From IMG/VR virus record IMGVR_UViG_2925939204_000001: a DNA stretch of 64,000 bases, one strand, 5' to 3'. The stretch is from a virus (lineage: Duplodnaviria; Heunggongvirae; Uroviricota; Caudoviricetes). Numbering within the stretch: position 1 is the first letter of the stretch; each line of letters begins with the position of its first letter. Below, piece by piece: positions 45,762-56,200 of the stretch. The notes under the pieces were generated by a model that saw nothing but the letters and a program-made list of their open reading frames with translations, did not search any database and was not told where the DNA came from. Made by a program: the position numbers and the translations under genes.

Positions 45762-47147
45762 TTGAACAAGTCAGTTACTTCTGCGCTTTCCGAGGCCGCA
45801 GATATTAACAGCGTCATTGCTCTGGTTTCTTCATTAGAGAGGAAAGAAACACGCCTTGGGCGAAGTAGCTACGTAGTCACCAGCAAAGGTGCAGAGGTAA
45901 AGACGGCTTTTAAGGTCGTTGATGCCAGCAGTCTGATCATTTCGAACAACCTTGACGGTACGATTAACCTGGCCTTCCCGGAAGAACTCCAACCACGAGA
46001 TCGTACCCGGCTATCCAGCAAACTCCAGGTTAACCGTATTGCCTCCAATTTACGCCCGGCACAATTAACGGATTCCGGTATGAGCAGCCACGGAGCGCCG
46101 ATAGTTGGTCCGGACAACGTTGTAGAATCCGGCAACGGAAGGAGTATGGGTATCTGGCGTGCCTATGAGCAAGGACAGGCGGATGAGTATCGCCAGTACC
46201 TGATCGACCATGCGAAAGAGTTTGGTCTGAATCCTGACGAAATTTCGCAAATGTCTATGCCCGTACTGGTGCGAGAAAGACTCACAGATGTAGACCGCGC
46301 TCAATTTGCCCGCGATTCAAACATTAGCGATCTGCAAGAGATGGCAGCAAGTGAAAAAGCGTATGCGGATGCGCAATTTCTCACTGAGAGCGTCATGGCG
46401 CTATTTAATCCTTCAGATGATGGAAATCTGCTGGCGCGGTCCAATGATGCGTTTATTCGTGCGTTTTTGCGCGAAATTGGCGATACAGCGACGGCAGGCT
46501 TGCTTACTGCCGATGGGCGTCCCACGAAACAGCTTATCGATCGCATCCAGAATGCAATTTTTGCCAAAGCGTACAAGGATGAAAGGCTTGTTCGGCTGGT
46601 GTCGGAAGAGCCAGATCCGGAAATGCGTAATATCCTGACCGCATTAAATACGGCAGCCAGCGATTTTGCGCAAATGCAGTCGCTGTCTGGCGACGCTCAC
46701 CATGACGCAGTAACAGGCTTAGTGGACGGTATAGAGCAGGTTAATGGCCTGGATACACAGGCGATAGCAGCACTCCAGGAAGCAATTAATCTTGTACGTG
46801 AAGCCAAAGACAACGGTCAGGCCGTTGAAGAAGTGATCGCCCAAAGGGGGTTATTCGGCGACAGTACACCGGAAGCTGAGGCATTGGCGCTATTCATCGT
46901 AGCAAATAATCGCAGTGCGAAGCGTATGGGGGCCGCATTCAAAAAAATGGCGCAAAAAATCAACGACGAGCTGACTCATAAACAACAGGCATTGGGCGAT
47001 ATGTTCGGCGGTGGCGATGTTGATCTGCGTCGTATTTTGTCTGCTGTATCTGATGAAATTGAGGGTGAATTTGGCGAAGGGAAAGGTCTGAACTTTGCTA
47101 TGCTTGAAAATTCTACAGATCTAAATAATTGCAGTATGGAAAACTAA
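45762..47147 (+). CDS. hypothetical protein, head-module candidate (461 aa, TTG start)
   Basis: GGGGGGAG SD 8 nt upstream of TTG. Confidence 0.55.
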   Translation: MNKSVTSALSEAADINSVIALVSSLERKETRLGRSSYVVTSKGAEVKTAFKVVDASSLIISNNLDGTINLAFPEELQPRDRTRLSSKLQVNRIASNLRPAQLTDSGMSSHGAPIVGPDNVVESGNGRSMGIWRAYEQGQADEYRQYLIDHAKEFGLNPDEISQMSMPVLVRERLTDVDRAQFARDSNISDLQEMAASEKAYADAQFLTESVMALFNPSDDGNLLARSNDAFIRAFLREIGDTATAGLLTADGRPTKQLIDRIQNAIFAKAYKDERLVRLVSEEPDPEMRNILTALNTAASDFAQMQSLSGDAHHDAVTGLVDGIEQVNGLDTQAIAALQEAINLVREAKDNGQAVEEVIAQRGLFGDSTPEAEALALFIVANNRSAKRMGAAFKKMAQKINDELTHKQQALGDMFGGGDVDLRRILSAVSDEIEGEFGEGKGLNFAMLENSTDLNNCSMEN

Positions 47148-47158
47148 ACCAACCGCTG

Positions 47159-47179
47159 AAATCACATACTGATTATGCT
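47159..47179 (+). promoter_or_regulatory. late-promoter-like element AAATCACA-N7-TATGCT
   Basis: ~35 nt upstream of 47212 gene. Confidence 0.4.
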
Positions 47180-47211
47180 GCCGCAAAACTGGAAACAATT
47201 TGCGGTGATTC

Positions 47212-48894
47212 ATGGCAACGAAAGACAAAAACAAAGGCTTTCTGTCAGCATTGAAGAAAGCCTTCAACGGTGGTGATGTTACGCCCGCCGATCCGGTCGT
47301 TTTTACGAGCGGGCATAGTGTCGTTGCTCGTTCCGGCCTGTCTGCTTTACGTCCAGGTATACTGGGGAGCAACAGCGATGGCATGACGAGTGCAGCAGAT
47401 TCAATTTCTTTATCCGCTGAACTGCCCGGCGAGCGCCTGCAAAAGTACAACATCCTGGAAACGATGGCTAAAAGCCCGACTATCTCGACGGCTTTAAACA
47501 TTCACATTGCACATGCGCTTGCGCCTTCAAAAAAAACCGGACAAGCATTCATCCTTTCGCCAAAGGATGGTTCCGATGCCGAGGCAGTAAGTAGATGTGA
47601 AGAGTTAACCGCTGATTTGGGGGCGATGATTAATGACGGACTTCCTTCATGGGCCATGATTATGGCTATCTTTGGGGTGTCTTATGTCCGACCTTATGCT
47701 GAACAGGGCAGGGGGATAACAGGCATTGAGTCCAGTTATTACACTCTGCCACACTTCGTCCAGGAGTTTTATCGTGGTAGCCAGCTGGTAGGTTTCAGTG
47801 GTGATTACATTCTGGATACGCATAGTTTGCGCAGAGTAATAACCGAACCGTGGAATCTGGTTTCCATGAAAAATCCCTATTGGACGCCACAGCATAAAGT
47901 TATTCCGGTTAGCTACGGCACAAAAGGGTACTCACTGTTAAGTGATCAGGCTGATAAGCCGTTAATGGAGACGCAGAATTACGGAACTTCATTCCTGGAA
48001 TACAGCTATGAACCTTACCTTAATTTATGTGCTTCGCTCGCCGCGCTGAAATCAACGCGAAATAATGCAGCCAAAATTGACCGCCTGATTGCTCTTACGA
48101 CGAACACACTGGACCCGGTTAATGCGGCGAACTATACGCGTGGCGTCAGCCAGGCATTGAAGCGTCATAGTGACCTGGTGGCGCAAAGGTCGATTAATGC
48201 CAACGCTATTCCGACTGTGCTTAACCATCTGATACCTGTTATGGGAGACGGGAAGAACGGCATCACCATTGATACGCAATCCATACCCGCAGATATCAGT
48301 GGTATCGAAGACGTTATGTTTCACCTCCGGCAGCTTGCTGCAAGCCTCGGCATTGACGCAACAATGCTTGGCTGGGCTGATCAGATGAGCGGAGGGCTTG
48401 GAGAAGGCGGCTGGCAGCAAACTGCTATCCAGGCTGCATTGCGTGCGAACTGGATCAGACAGGCCGCCCAGCGAACTATTTATCGGCTTCTGGACATTCA
48501 CCTCGCTTATAAATACGGCAAGGTTTACACCGAAACAAACCGCCCTTATGACGTGCAATTCAACTCAATGAACACTGCTATCCAGGAAGAGGAAAACCGA
48601 GAACTGGATGCACGCGCCAACTTTGTTGCTGTCATCTCCCAAATTATGGACCAGATCCAGAACAACCCGAAACTGGCTGGTAGTGACGCGTTTATGCGTT
48701 ATCTGTTCACCGAGCAGTTGCACATCGACGATGACACTCTCAACACCATGATCAAAGAGTTTAAGGCGAATGAATCAGAGCAAAACAGCGAGCATGGTAT
48801 GTACGAATCCGCGCCGTTGTCGTCCGGTGACGATCCGGAAAACTGGACGCCAGAACAGTTAATAAACTTTGCAAAATTTGTGATGAGCAATTAA
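47212..48894 (+). CDS. portal protein candidate (560 aa)
   Basis: Size and position before a protease/scaffold-like gene; no motif confirmed. Confidence 0.4.
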   Translation: MATKDKNKGFLSALKKAFNGGDVTPADPVVFTSGHSVVARSGLSALRPGILGSNSDGMTSAADSISLSAELPGERLQKYNILETMAKSPTISTALNIHIAHALAPSKKTGQAFILSPKDGSDAEAVSRCEELTADLGAMINDGLPSWAMIMAIFGVSYVRPYAEQGRGITGIESSYYTLPHFVQEFYRGSQLVGFSGDYILDTHSLRRVITEPWNLVSMKNPYWTPQHKVIPVSYGTKGYSLLSDQADKPLMETQNYGTSFLEYSYEPYLNLCASLAALKSTRNNAAKIDRLIALTTNTLDPVNAANYTRGVSQALKRHSDLVAQRSINANAIPTVLNHLIPVMGDGKNGITIDTQSIPADISGIEDVMFHLRQLAASLGIDATMLGWADQMSGGLGEGGWQQTAIQAALRANWIRQAAQRTIYRLLDIHLAYKYGKVYTETNRPYDVQFNSMNTAIQEEENRELDARANFVAVISQIMDQIQNNPKLAGSDAFMRYLFTEQLHIDDDTLNTMIKEFKANESEQNSEHGMYESAPLSSGDDPENWTPEQLINFAKFVMSN

Positions 48895-48907
48895 CCGGAG
48901 GGAAATA

Positions 48908-49906
48908 ATGCAATCACTGAATACTGTTACGGATCGCTTCTCCCTGGTAGAGAAAATCCGCAAACACACACCGCAGAACAACCGAAATTACGTCATTCAG
49001 TCGGTACGAGACACATTCAACTCGCCAGAAACAAAAGAGCGTATCGCGCTGGGTGAGATGTATGGTTATTACGGTCATGGTCGCCGGGCGATGCACTATA
49101 ACAAAACGAAAAGCCTGAACTTGCCGGAAGTCTCTGTTGTGATGGTAGATGGGAAGCCTGTTGTATTGGAGAACGTGCCGTCAAACAGGACTATCAACAT
49201 TTCGATTGACGACAACGGCATTGTTACTCATACGCAGGAAATACTGGATACAGACACCGGGCGTATTGTTCAGGGCATGATTAATTCTGGTGCTGGTGGT
49301 TGGTCGTGGGCTACATCTGGCCCAGATTCATCGGTATCCCTGGTAAAGTCTTTCCACGGCTTTGATTACGTAACTGTGCCTAACTATATCAGCCTCGACA
49401 AGAAAAGCCTGATGCTTGAATCAGCAGAAGAGCGCGATGCGGCTATTCATGCAGCACTTATCGAACAAGGTTTTACCGATAACGCTGCTACGGATCTGGT
49501 TCACCACTTTTCAGCAATGAAAAATCAGCAAGCCATGCTCGAATCTGCACATCGTGAAGCCCTGGAATCAGAATTGATGCTCCTTGAAGTGGAAAACATA
49601 CAGCTTCGAGATAAGCTGCGCGCTCAAACAGCGATGATGGAAAGCCAGGGGGAAAATGCAAAGCAATGCCGCCGGATTTTGCGTGACGCTATCCAGGAAA
49701 TGCCTGTTTTTATCAGCGCAGAACAGCGCCGGGCGCTCTGCCGTATGCAGTCTGAAGATGATGCCCGCATAGTGGCTGCGATGCTTGAATCTCTTGGGGC
49801 AAATGCTACTTATGGCTTACCGGTATCAGGCAAGAAAGAACCAGAGTTATCACCGAAGGAGAACAAAAACACCACCCCGTTACTCTTCGTTTCCAGAAGG
49901 GGGTGA
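48908..49906 (+). CDS. head maturation protease/scaffold-like protein candidate (332 aa)
   Basis: Globular N-terminal domain followed by long coiled coil; inference from context. Confidence 0.35.
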   Translation: MQSLNTVTDRFSLVEKIRKHTPQNNRNYVIQSVRDTFNSPETKERIALGEMYGYYGHGRRAMHYNKTKSLNLPEVSVVMVDGKPVVLENVPSNRTINISIDDNGIVTHTQEILDTDTGRIVQGMINSGAGGWSWATSGPDSSVSLVKSFHGFDYVTVPNYISLDKKSLMLESAEERDAAIHAALIEQGFTDNAATDLVHHFSAMKNQQAMLESAHREALESELMLLEVENIQLRDKLRAQTAMMESQGENAKQCRRILRDAIQEMPVFISAEQRRALCRMQSEDDARIVAAMLESLGANATYGLPVSGKKEPELSPKENKNTTPLLFVSRRG

Positions 49907-49924
49907 TCGCCTCGTTAAGTTAAA

Positions 49925-49934
49925 TTTCTAACAT
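49925..49934 (-). promoter_or_regulatory. operator-like motif (ATGTTAGAAA on minus strand)
   Basis: TTTCTAACAT next to near-palindrome AGTGTAT-TTAT-ATACACT. Confidence 0.35.
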
Positions 49935-50019
49935 AGTGTATTTATATACACTGTTGATCCTGGTGGATGGGATCGAGTAGGATCGCGGTCACTGCTCCGG
50001 TAGCGACTGCCAAAAAAGC

Positions 50020-50046
50020 AAAAGCCGCTGAGAAGCGGCTTTTTGG
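50020..50046 (+). terminator. rho-independent terminator (AAGCCGCT-GAGA-AGCGGCTT + TTTT)
   Basis: 8-bp stem then TTTTGGG; followed by inverted repeat GTATAAATC-N10-GATTTATAC. Confidence 0.6.
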
Positions 50047-50106
50047 GTGTATAAATCCACTGCCATAGATTTATACGGTAGATAGATTTTTTCACGGAAC
50101 TATCTG

Positions 50107-51069
50107 GTGAGTATTTTAAATTCAGTTTCAGTAACTTTCAACACTTCTGAGTATAAAAACAACACTGAATACCACAAAAAAATCAAAGGTCATCAGTTGA
50201 GTTTTTTTGCTCGTCATAGCGGTCTTCTTTCCCCTTCACATAGCGCCATTATTGCCGAGTTCGCCAACCTGGCAGGGGCTACCGATGAATACATGATCCG
50301 TCGCTCATATGCTGATATGTCCGAGATTACAGGACGCAGTATTTCTACTGTGCGCCGGGCATTTGCTGAAGCGACGAAGTGCGGAATGCTTGTTAAGCAA
50401 CATCAGGTAGCGAATAACAATGCCCAGGTGTGTAACGTATATCGGTTTACGACACAATTTCTCCACTTCATTCATGTAGCAATGGAGATAGGGGGTAAGC
50501 AGGGCATCAAATTTGCCAACGCCACAAAACTGGTTAAGCAGTTGATTTCAAAGGTTCGTTATTTTTTTGAAACTGGGAACCCCCTGTTCAAATTGAACAA
50601 GTCCCCCCATGTTCAAAATGAACAGCCAATAGAAAATAAGAGTCACTCTATAGCCAAAAGAAGAGAAAGATCATGCGCGGTTCAGCCAAAGGCTTCACCA
50701 GCAGATAGTTCTCAAGCGGATAATGGGGGACTGGATAAAAAACCAGTAATCAGGGAAGAACATACCAACCACTGCCTGGCGGCGGCAAAAGCGAGAGCTG
50801 CAAAGCGTCGTTCAGACGAGGGTCACGCAAAACGGCAGGCTCTGTATCGTACCGCTGAAAAGCTGGCAAAAAAATTTGCATGGATACGTAGTGCAGCTAC
50901 CGCAGTGAATAAGCCTAAACAATCCAGTGCCCTGGATTTCTCAATGGATTATTCTGGCTCCCAGGGGTGTGCAACCATTGGTGAAGCCTTTGACCTGATG
51001 AAACAGCGTGGCTATCGGTCTGAATTTGACCGTGAGGATTGGTCAATCCCGGCTGGCTTTAGGGGATGA
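50107..51069 (+). CDS. DNA-binding protein candidate, possibly lytic-replicon initiator-like (320 aa, GTG start)
   Basis: Predicted HTH-like segment (MSEITGRSISTVRRAFAEATKCGMLV); Lys/Arg-rich C-terminus; RepL-like assignment is inference. Confidence 0.45.
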   Translation: MSILNSVSVTFNTSEYKNNTEYHKKIKGHQLSFFARHSGLLSPSHSAIIAEFANLAGATDEYMIRRSYADMSEITGRSISTVRRAFAEATKCGMLVKQHQVANNNAQVCNVYRFTTQFLHFIHVAMEIGGKQGIKFANATKLVKQLISKVRYFFETGNPLFKLNKSPHVQNEQPIENKSHSIAKRRERSCAVQPKASPADSSQADNGGLDKKPVIREEHTNHCLAAAKARAAKRRSDEGHAKRQALYRTAEKLAKKFAWIRSAATAVNKPKQSSALDFSMDYSGSQGCATIGEAFDLMKQRGYRSEFDREDWSIPAGFRG

Positions 51070-51122
51070 CCTGTGCGTCTACAAAACATCCCAATGATCG
51101 GAAAATGCTCGCTCGATAATTT

Positions 51123-51134
51123 GTGTTAGAAAAT
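51123..51134 (+). promoter_or_regulatory. operator-like motif TGTGTTAGAAAA with partial inverted partner TTTCTAA
   Basis: ~70 bp upstream of locus-B promoter. Confidence 0.4.
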
Positions 51135-51206
51135 TAATTTGCTGTTTCTAAATCGGAATGTATGATCTGCATCATCGACTGAAGTCATCCATTGCTGAAA
51201 TTTTTA

Positions 51207-51235
51207 GTTGATCTTCCATGTTTTCAGGCTTATAT
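51207..51235 (+). promoter_or_regulatory. sigma70-type promoter TTGATC-N17-TATATT of immunity locus B
   Basis: Identical to locus A promoter. Confidence 0.6.
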
Positions 51236-51241
51236 TCATGC

Positions 51242-51482
51242 CGTCGTAGCAAATTCTGCGACCAGGTTTGACAGCCTGAATGTTAGTGCGGACAACCGCA
51301 GATTTCCGATATTGCGGTATTTTTGTGTCCGTAAACCGCGTTACGCCCGAATTATGGTGGGGCGTGATGGGGAGGCTTCGGCCTGCTGGTTTCACTAACG
51401 CCAGTCTGTCAACCCTGTCACGTCCTGCCACCTGTTTGACAGCGGGTAGCAGGTTGTTAAACCTGTTAGTGAGGCCGTAACT
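51242..51482 (+). ncRNA. c4-like antisense RNA / leader region of immI-like locus B
   Basis: Sites a1/b1 (51266-51287), b'/a' (51393-51411), a2/b2 (51434-51470) with compensatory differences from locus A. Confidence 0.5.
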
Positions 51483-51707
51483 ATGGTTAATGCCAATCCT
51501 TGCTCACGTCCAGAATTCATCTGGCGTTTCCACTCCCTGCAAAAACACTGCGATCACTTCGCAATTGCCGCAACCGAAAAAGAAGCCCGTTCTCTGATCC
51601 CTGATCAGTATGGTGTTCTTACTGGTCGTTTCTCTACTTCCCCACAACCAAACACTAATCCCTGGTATCGCAATATTACCAATCCCGGAATTGCGGAGGC
51701 ACACTGA
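51483..51707 (+). CDS. Icd-like small protein (74 aa)
   Basis: N-terminus MVNANPCSRPEFIWRF paralogous to 17834 ORF; stop overlaps next start. Confidence 0.5.
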   Translation: MVNANPCSRPEFIWRFHSLQKHCDHFAIAATEKEARSLIPDQYGVLTGRFSTSPQPNTNPWYRNITNPGIAEAH

Positions 51708-52414
51708 TGGAAATCTGCATTCTTGAAAAGCCATCAATGACCAGCATTGAGATCGCTGAGCTGGTGGGAAGTCGCCCTGATAACGTTAAACGCACTATTG
51801 AACGCTTGAGTAAATCAGGTGTTATTCCACTTCCTCCAATGGAGGTTTCCGAAAATATCAATAACTTAGGATTTAAAGTTAAAAATTCACACTACGTCTT
51901 CGAAGGCGAGCAAGGCAAGCGTGACAGTATCATTGTCGTTGCGCAGCTTTCTCCCGAATTTACCGCCCGGCTGGTGGACCGCTGGCGCGAACTGGAAGAA
52001 CAAGCACGCCAGCCGTTGACCGAAATAGAGATGATCGCCGCAATGGCTGCAAATGCAGTTCAGCAGCAAAAGCGGCTTCATGTTGTTGAGTCAAAGGTTA
52101 GCCAGGTGGTAGAAACCGTTGAGCAAATCAAGAAAGGCAATATGCCGGAAGGCTACATTGGCTACCGCCAGCTGGCGGCGAAATGTGGCCTGACTGAAGC
52201 CAAATGCCGTAACCTTGTCAACGCTTACCGGATTCCCACCGATACGCATGAGTTTTTAACTCCAGAGGGGGTATTGTCGCGTCGTTCCATCGTGGCCTTA
52301 TCTCCCTTCATGAATGCTTTTAACCGGATGATGTCGGAGGCTGAACACCGAGGAAAACGCTGGTATCACCCCAAAATGGGGCAATTCCAGGTGATCGGTT
52401 GGGGAGGTGAGTGA
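51707..52414 (+). CDS. antirepressor-like protein (235 aa)
   Basis: N-terminal HTH-like SIEIAELVGSRPDNVKRTIERL; shares KKGNMPEGYIGYRQLAAKCGLTEAKCRNLVNAYRIPTDTHEFLTP block with 18049 gene. Confidence 0.55.
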   Translation: MEICILEKPSMTSIEIAELVGSRPDNVKRTIERLSKSGVIPLPPMEVSENINNLGFKVKNSHYVFEGEQGKRDSIIVVAQLSPEFTARLVDRWRELEEQARQPLTEIEMIAAMAANAVQQQKRLHVVESKVSQVVETVEQIKKGNMPEGYIGYRQLAAKCGLTEAKCRNLVNAYRIPTDTHEFLTPEGVLSRRSIVALSPFMNAFNRMMSEAEHRGKRWYHPKMGQFQVIGWGGE

Positions 52415-52611
52415 TGGACATCATGCAGGCGGTAAAAAAAATCAGGGAAGGACAGGCTGAAGTGTGCCGCCGTAAAGCATGGAGTATTGATGTATGGGCC
52501 TGGCCTGATAATTACTCTACTACCGGATGGTTTTGTATTAATGGACTCAAGATCCGGGAAGTTTATTTATCGACGGCTGATATAGTCGGTAATGATTGGA
52601 TCGTGACTTGA
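52411..52611 (+). CDS. DUF2829-like small protein (66 aa; Tad2-like candidate)
   Basis: Pattern ...QAEVCRRKAW...LSTADIVGNDWIVT (R..W near N-terminus, DxxxxDW(I/E)V C-terminus). Confidence 0.45.
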   Translation: MMDIMQAVKKIREGQAEVCRRKAWSIDVWAWPDNYSTTGWFCINGLKIREVYLSTADIVGNDWIVT

Positions 52612-52617
52612 AGCGTG

Positions 52618-52646
52618 ATGCCCCGGCCTGGCCGGGGCTTTTTTCA
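52618..52646. terminator. bidirectional terminator (GCCCCGGCC-TG-GCCGGGGC + TTTTTT)
   Basis: 9-bp GC stem with T-run; between convergent genes. Confidence 0.7.
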
Positions 52647-53129
52647 TGCCTCATTAGTTGAGGTTGCTGCGTCTCCGACTGGTAACAGAGCGGTATTGCG
52701 TGGTTCGCCAGCAGGCCAGCGATAGCCAGACACTCTTGATGTTGGGAATGCGCGAATATTAACCGCATCCCCCTGGTTCCCACCCAGGACAAGCAGATCG
52801 CCATTGGCGCGGCGTCCGACAACGAAGCCTACGTGCCCACCGCCTACGCGGGTAAATACAACGATACATCCGTATGCCGGTGTATCTAATTTCTCGCCCC
52901 AATCCAGATAGGATTTTGCCGACTCAAATCTTGTTGAGCGGATGCCTACACGTTCCAGCATTGCACCGACAAATGCTGCGCACCACGGCGTTTCATCGTC
53001 TTTAATTCCGCCGCGCTTGATGTCGCGCCAGAACTGAACGATTTCAGGGTTGTGTTTAGCGCCTTTTATTTCAGTCAGGCCAATGTGCTTACGGGCTTCA
53101 ATTAGCCAGCGAGGTTCAATGTTTGCCAT
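52644..53129 (-). CDS. NlpC/P60-CHAP-like putative cell-wall hydrolase (161 aa)
   Basis: WCAAFVGAML (Cys) ... GCIVVFTRVGGGHVGFVVG (His) ... LGGNQGDAV arrangement typical of Cys-His peptidoglycan peptidases. Confidence 0.55.
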   Translation of the reverse strand: MANIEPRWLIEARKHIGLTEIKGAKHNPEIVQFWRDIKRGGIKDDETPWCAAFVGAMLERVGIRSTRFESAKSYLDWGEKLDTPAYGCIVVFTRVGGGHVGFVVGRRANGDLLVLGGNQGDAVNIRAFPTSRVSGYRWPAGEPRNTALLPVGDAATSTNEA

Positions 53130-53204
53130 ATTTTTCTCCCGGTCATGGGTTAATAAGTAGGCAAACTATGGGGAGTATGTGATTTTGACGGTAGTATCGT
53201 CCCC

Positions 53205-56200
53205 GTGAAAATAACATTCTCCATACCCTCTCAACCGTACCGCATAGCGGAATTTTTACGGTTTAGAGGGGGAAATCCTTTGGACAAACTACTTCATTCA
53301 ATCAGTGAAGCCTCCAGCTTAGGCGAACTGATTGAAATTGTTAGTCGGTTGCATAAATTACGAGCTGTTGCGACCTTTGGCGTCAGGAAAGCCGATGGCG
53401 TCAGTATTCAGAAAACACGCCGGGCAGCAAACAATGCCGCAGTAAATCTTCTTAATTCCCTTCCGCCCGGCTTCGATGGGGCGAAATTAACTGACGAACA
53501 ACGTCAGATTCTTGCCGGGTATACCGGTGAAGGCGGCCTGACAGATGGTGAGGGCAGCCAATACGAATACTACACGCCACAGTTTATGGCTGAAGGTATA
53601 TGGGATCTGTTTGCTGACTACGGTATTGATGGCGGGCACGTACTGGAACCATCAGCGGGCACAGGTATTTTCCAGGAGACAAAACGACAGGGCATGATAA
53701 TGACCAGCGCCGAACTGTCTCCGATTTCCGGTCGAATAAACCAGCTTTTGCACCCGGAAGACGATGTGAATATCGGGGCGTTTGAGGCGCTGGCGGCGAA
53801 AGACGCAATGTATGATCACGCTGTTGGTAACGTACCGTTTGGTGAAGGGCGTTCCGGTGTCGCCGGGCTTGATCCGGCATATGCAAACGAGAAGAACGTT
53901 GGCAATTACTTTGTGCTGCGCACGATCGACAAGGTTAAGCCTGGTGGGCTTATCGTATTGGTGGTGCCGAATGGCATGACCGATGGTGCGAAATATAAAA
54001 AATTGCGCGATAAAGTCAGCCGTAAAGCGGAATTTTTGGGCGCGCATCGTATGCCTTCCGGTACGTTCAGTGAATCAGGTACAGATACCGTGGTGGACGT
54101 ATGGGTATTGCGTAAACACCCGGAAGCCTTCCTGGAGATGATCCCCGATACGGATGATTCGACGCTCAAATCGGCAAACGTCCTTTGGGATACCTTCCTC
54201 AAAGGAAAATGGTTTACAACCGAAGGGAAGCGATTTGTTTACGGCGACATGGAACGTACCAGCTTCCGCAATACCCTGGTGGTGAAAAAAGACGGTCGTG
54301 TATCCAATGAGTCGATGAAAACCGCGCTATCTCGTCGCTTTGATAGTCGCATCAATTGGGATTTGCTCGGCGTAACTACTCAGGCATGGCAGGGCGCGAA
54401 AGTGGGCGATAAACGCCTTGTAGGCGGTATCTGGCATGAGTTTGATGGTCTGAAATGGGTTAAGGACACGACAACCAAATCCTCCGCGCTTGATGTAAGT
54501 CGATATGGTGTTTCGACGTTTGGCGATCTGCAGATCGCGTTTCAGTCAACAAATGGCATTCTGGCTTTGTCATGGGACCAGATATCGGCGATCGCGTCTG
54601 ACTACCCATCGGTTGTCAGTGATGAAGTGGCAGCAATGATTCGCTTTGCTGGCAAGCAGCGAGAAAAAGACAGGGAGCGCGTTATGCGCGGTGCACTGAT
54701 AGGTCAGTTGATCAACAAGGCACTTGATTTGCGTAACCTGGGGGTGAACGTTGATGACAAACTGGCAGATGCATCCCGCCTGGCGGCAGCAGAAGTTGCG
54801 AAGTATGGACCACCGCACGCGATTAAGCTGAATGGGCTTGCTGAAGCTGGCGCTAAAAACTGGATGACGTTCACTGGCAATGTGAAACAGGATGGTTCCA
54901 CTTCTGACCTTCTGGCAGGGCGACTTGATGTAACGGATGGTGCTGCCGGTATTGACTTTACGCGTCCTGAACAAGTGATAGCACATCTTTTTAGTGATGT
55001 AGCCCTTAATCCTATAACGCTTGGCGACTTTCGTGAGGCGTTTGCTGGTGAACTGCCAGAGGACGACGACGCGGCCCTTGAATACCTGGCGAAATTTGAT
55101 GATATCGCTATTGATGGGTATGGCTGTCTGCTGCCGATGGACCGCGCCACCAGCGGCGATGTTGCAACCAAAACAGCACTGCTGGTGGGCTGGCGTGATG
55201 CGTCAACAGGTGAGCAGAAAGCGAACTTTGAGCGTCAGTTGGCGAAAATCGAAGAGAAACGCATTTTCACGCCACTAAATAAAGTCACCGTTAATCTGAA
55301 TGCCCGCTGGCTGGATCGCCGCTTGATAAAAGAGTTCCTGGCAGAGCAGGGCTATGACGAGTTTAAGTACACTGAACCTGATCTGAAGGTCGTCGATGGC
55401 ATTCTGGTATCTCCGGACGATTACGAAGGTAAGGACGGTGTATTTACCGGCTACCAGCTACGAACCGTAAACGGCAAAAACGGGAATGAGTTCAAGAAGG
55501 CCAACAATAAAGACGGCTTCCTGAACCAGTTAGAAAACTACCTGAACGGTGTTAAACCGCGTGGGCAGAATGCTAACGAGTACCTGGATAAAATTGCTCA
55601 ACTGGAAGTTAGCTTTAACGACTGGTTACGCACCCACCCGCAGGCGGATCAGATAGCCCGTGACTATAACGACGCATTCAATGGTTTCATTCCGTTCACA
55701 CATTCTGACGCACCGCTAGGCCTGGAAGGGATTAGTGGAAAGCGCATTCCTCTGACTTATCAGAATGAAGAAGTTCGCCGCTTGTCAGAAGATGGGCGTG
55801 GCATCATGGGATTTGGTACCGGGCTGGGTAAAACCACGACCGCGCTTGCGCTTGAGGCGTATAACTTCGAAACAGGTCGCACTAAACGCACGTGTATTGT
55901 TGTTCCGAAGGCGGTTTATCAGAACTGGTATCACGAGGCACAGAGTTTCTACAGTGCTGATGCCTTCGCCAATATGATGTTTATCGGTTTGGATGAAGTT
56001 CGTGATGACGGCGGAAATATTCTTACCGCGCCAGTGCTTGATGAAAATGGCGAACCACGCCTCGACAGTAACGGGCAGCCTCTTACCAGAAATGTTGTGA
56101 AAGAGTCCGCCAGCGCCGTTATCGTTCAGCGCATGAACATGATCCCGTCGTCAAATTGGCGAACGGTCATCATGACAAAAGAACAATTCGCGTCTATCCC

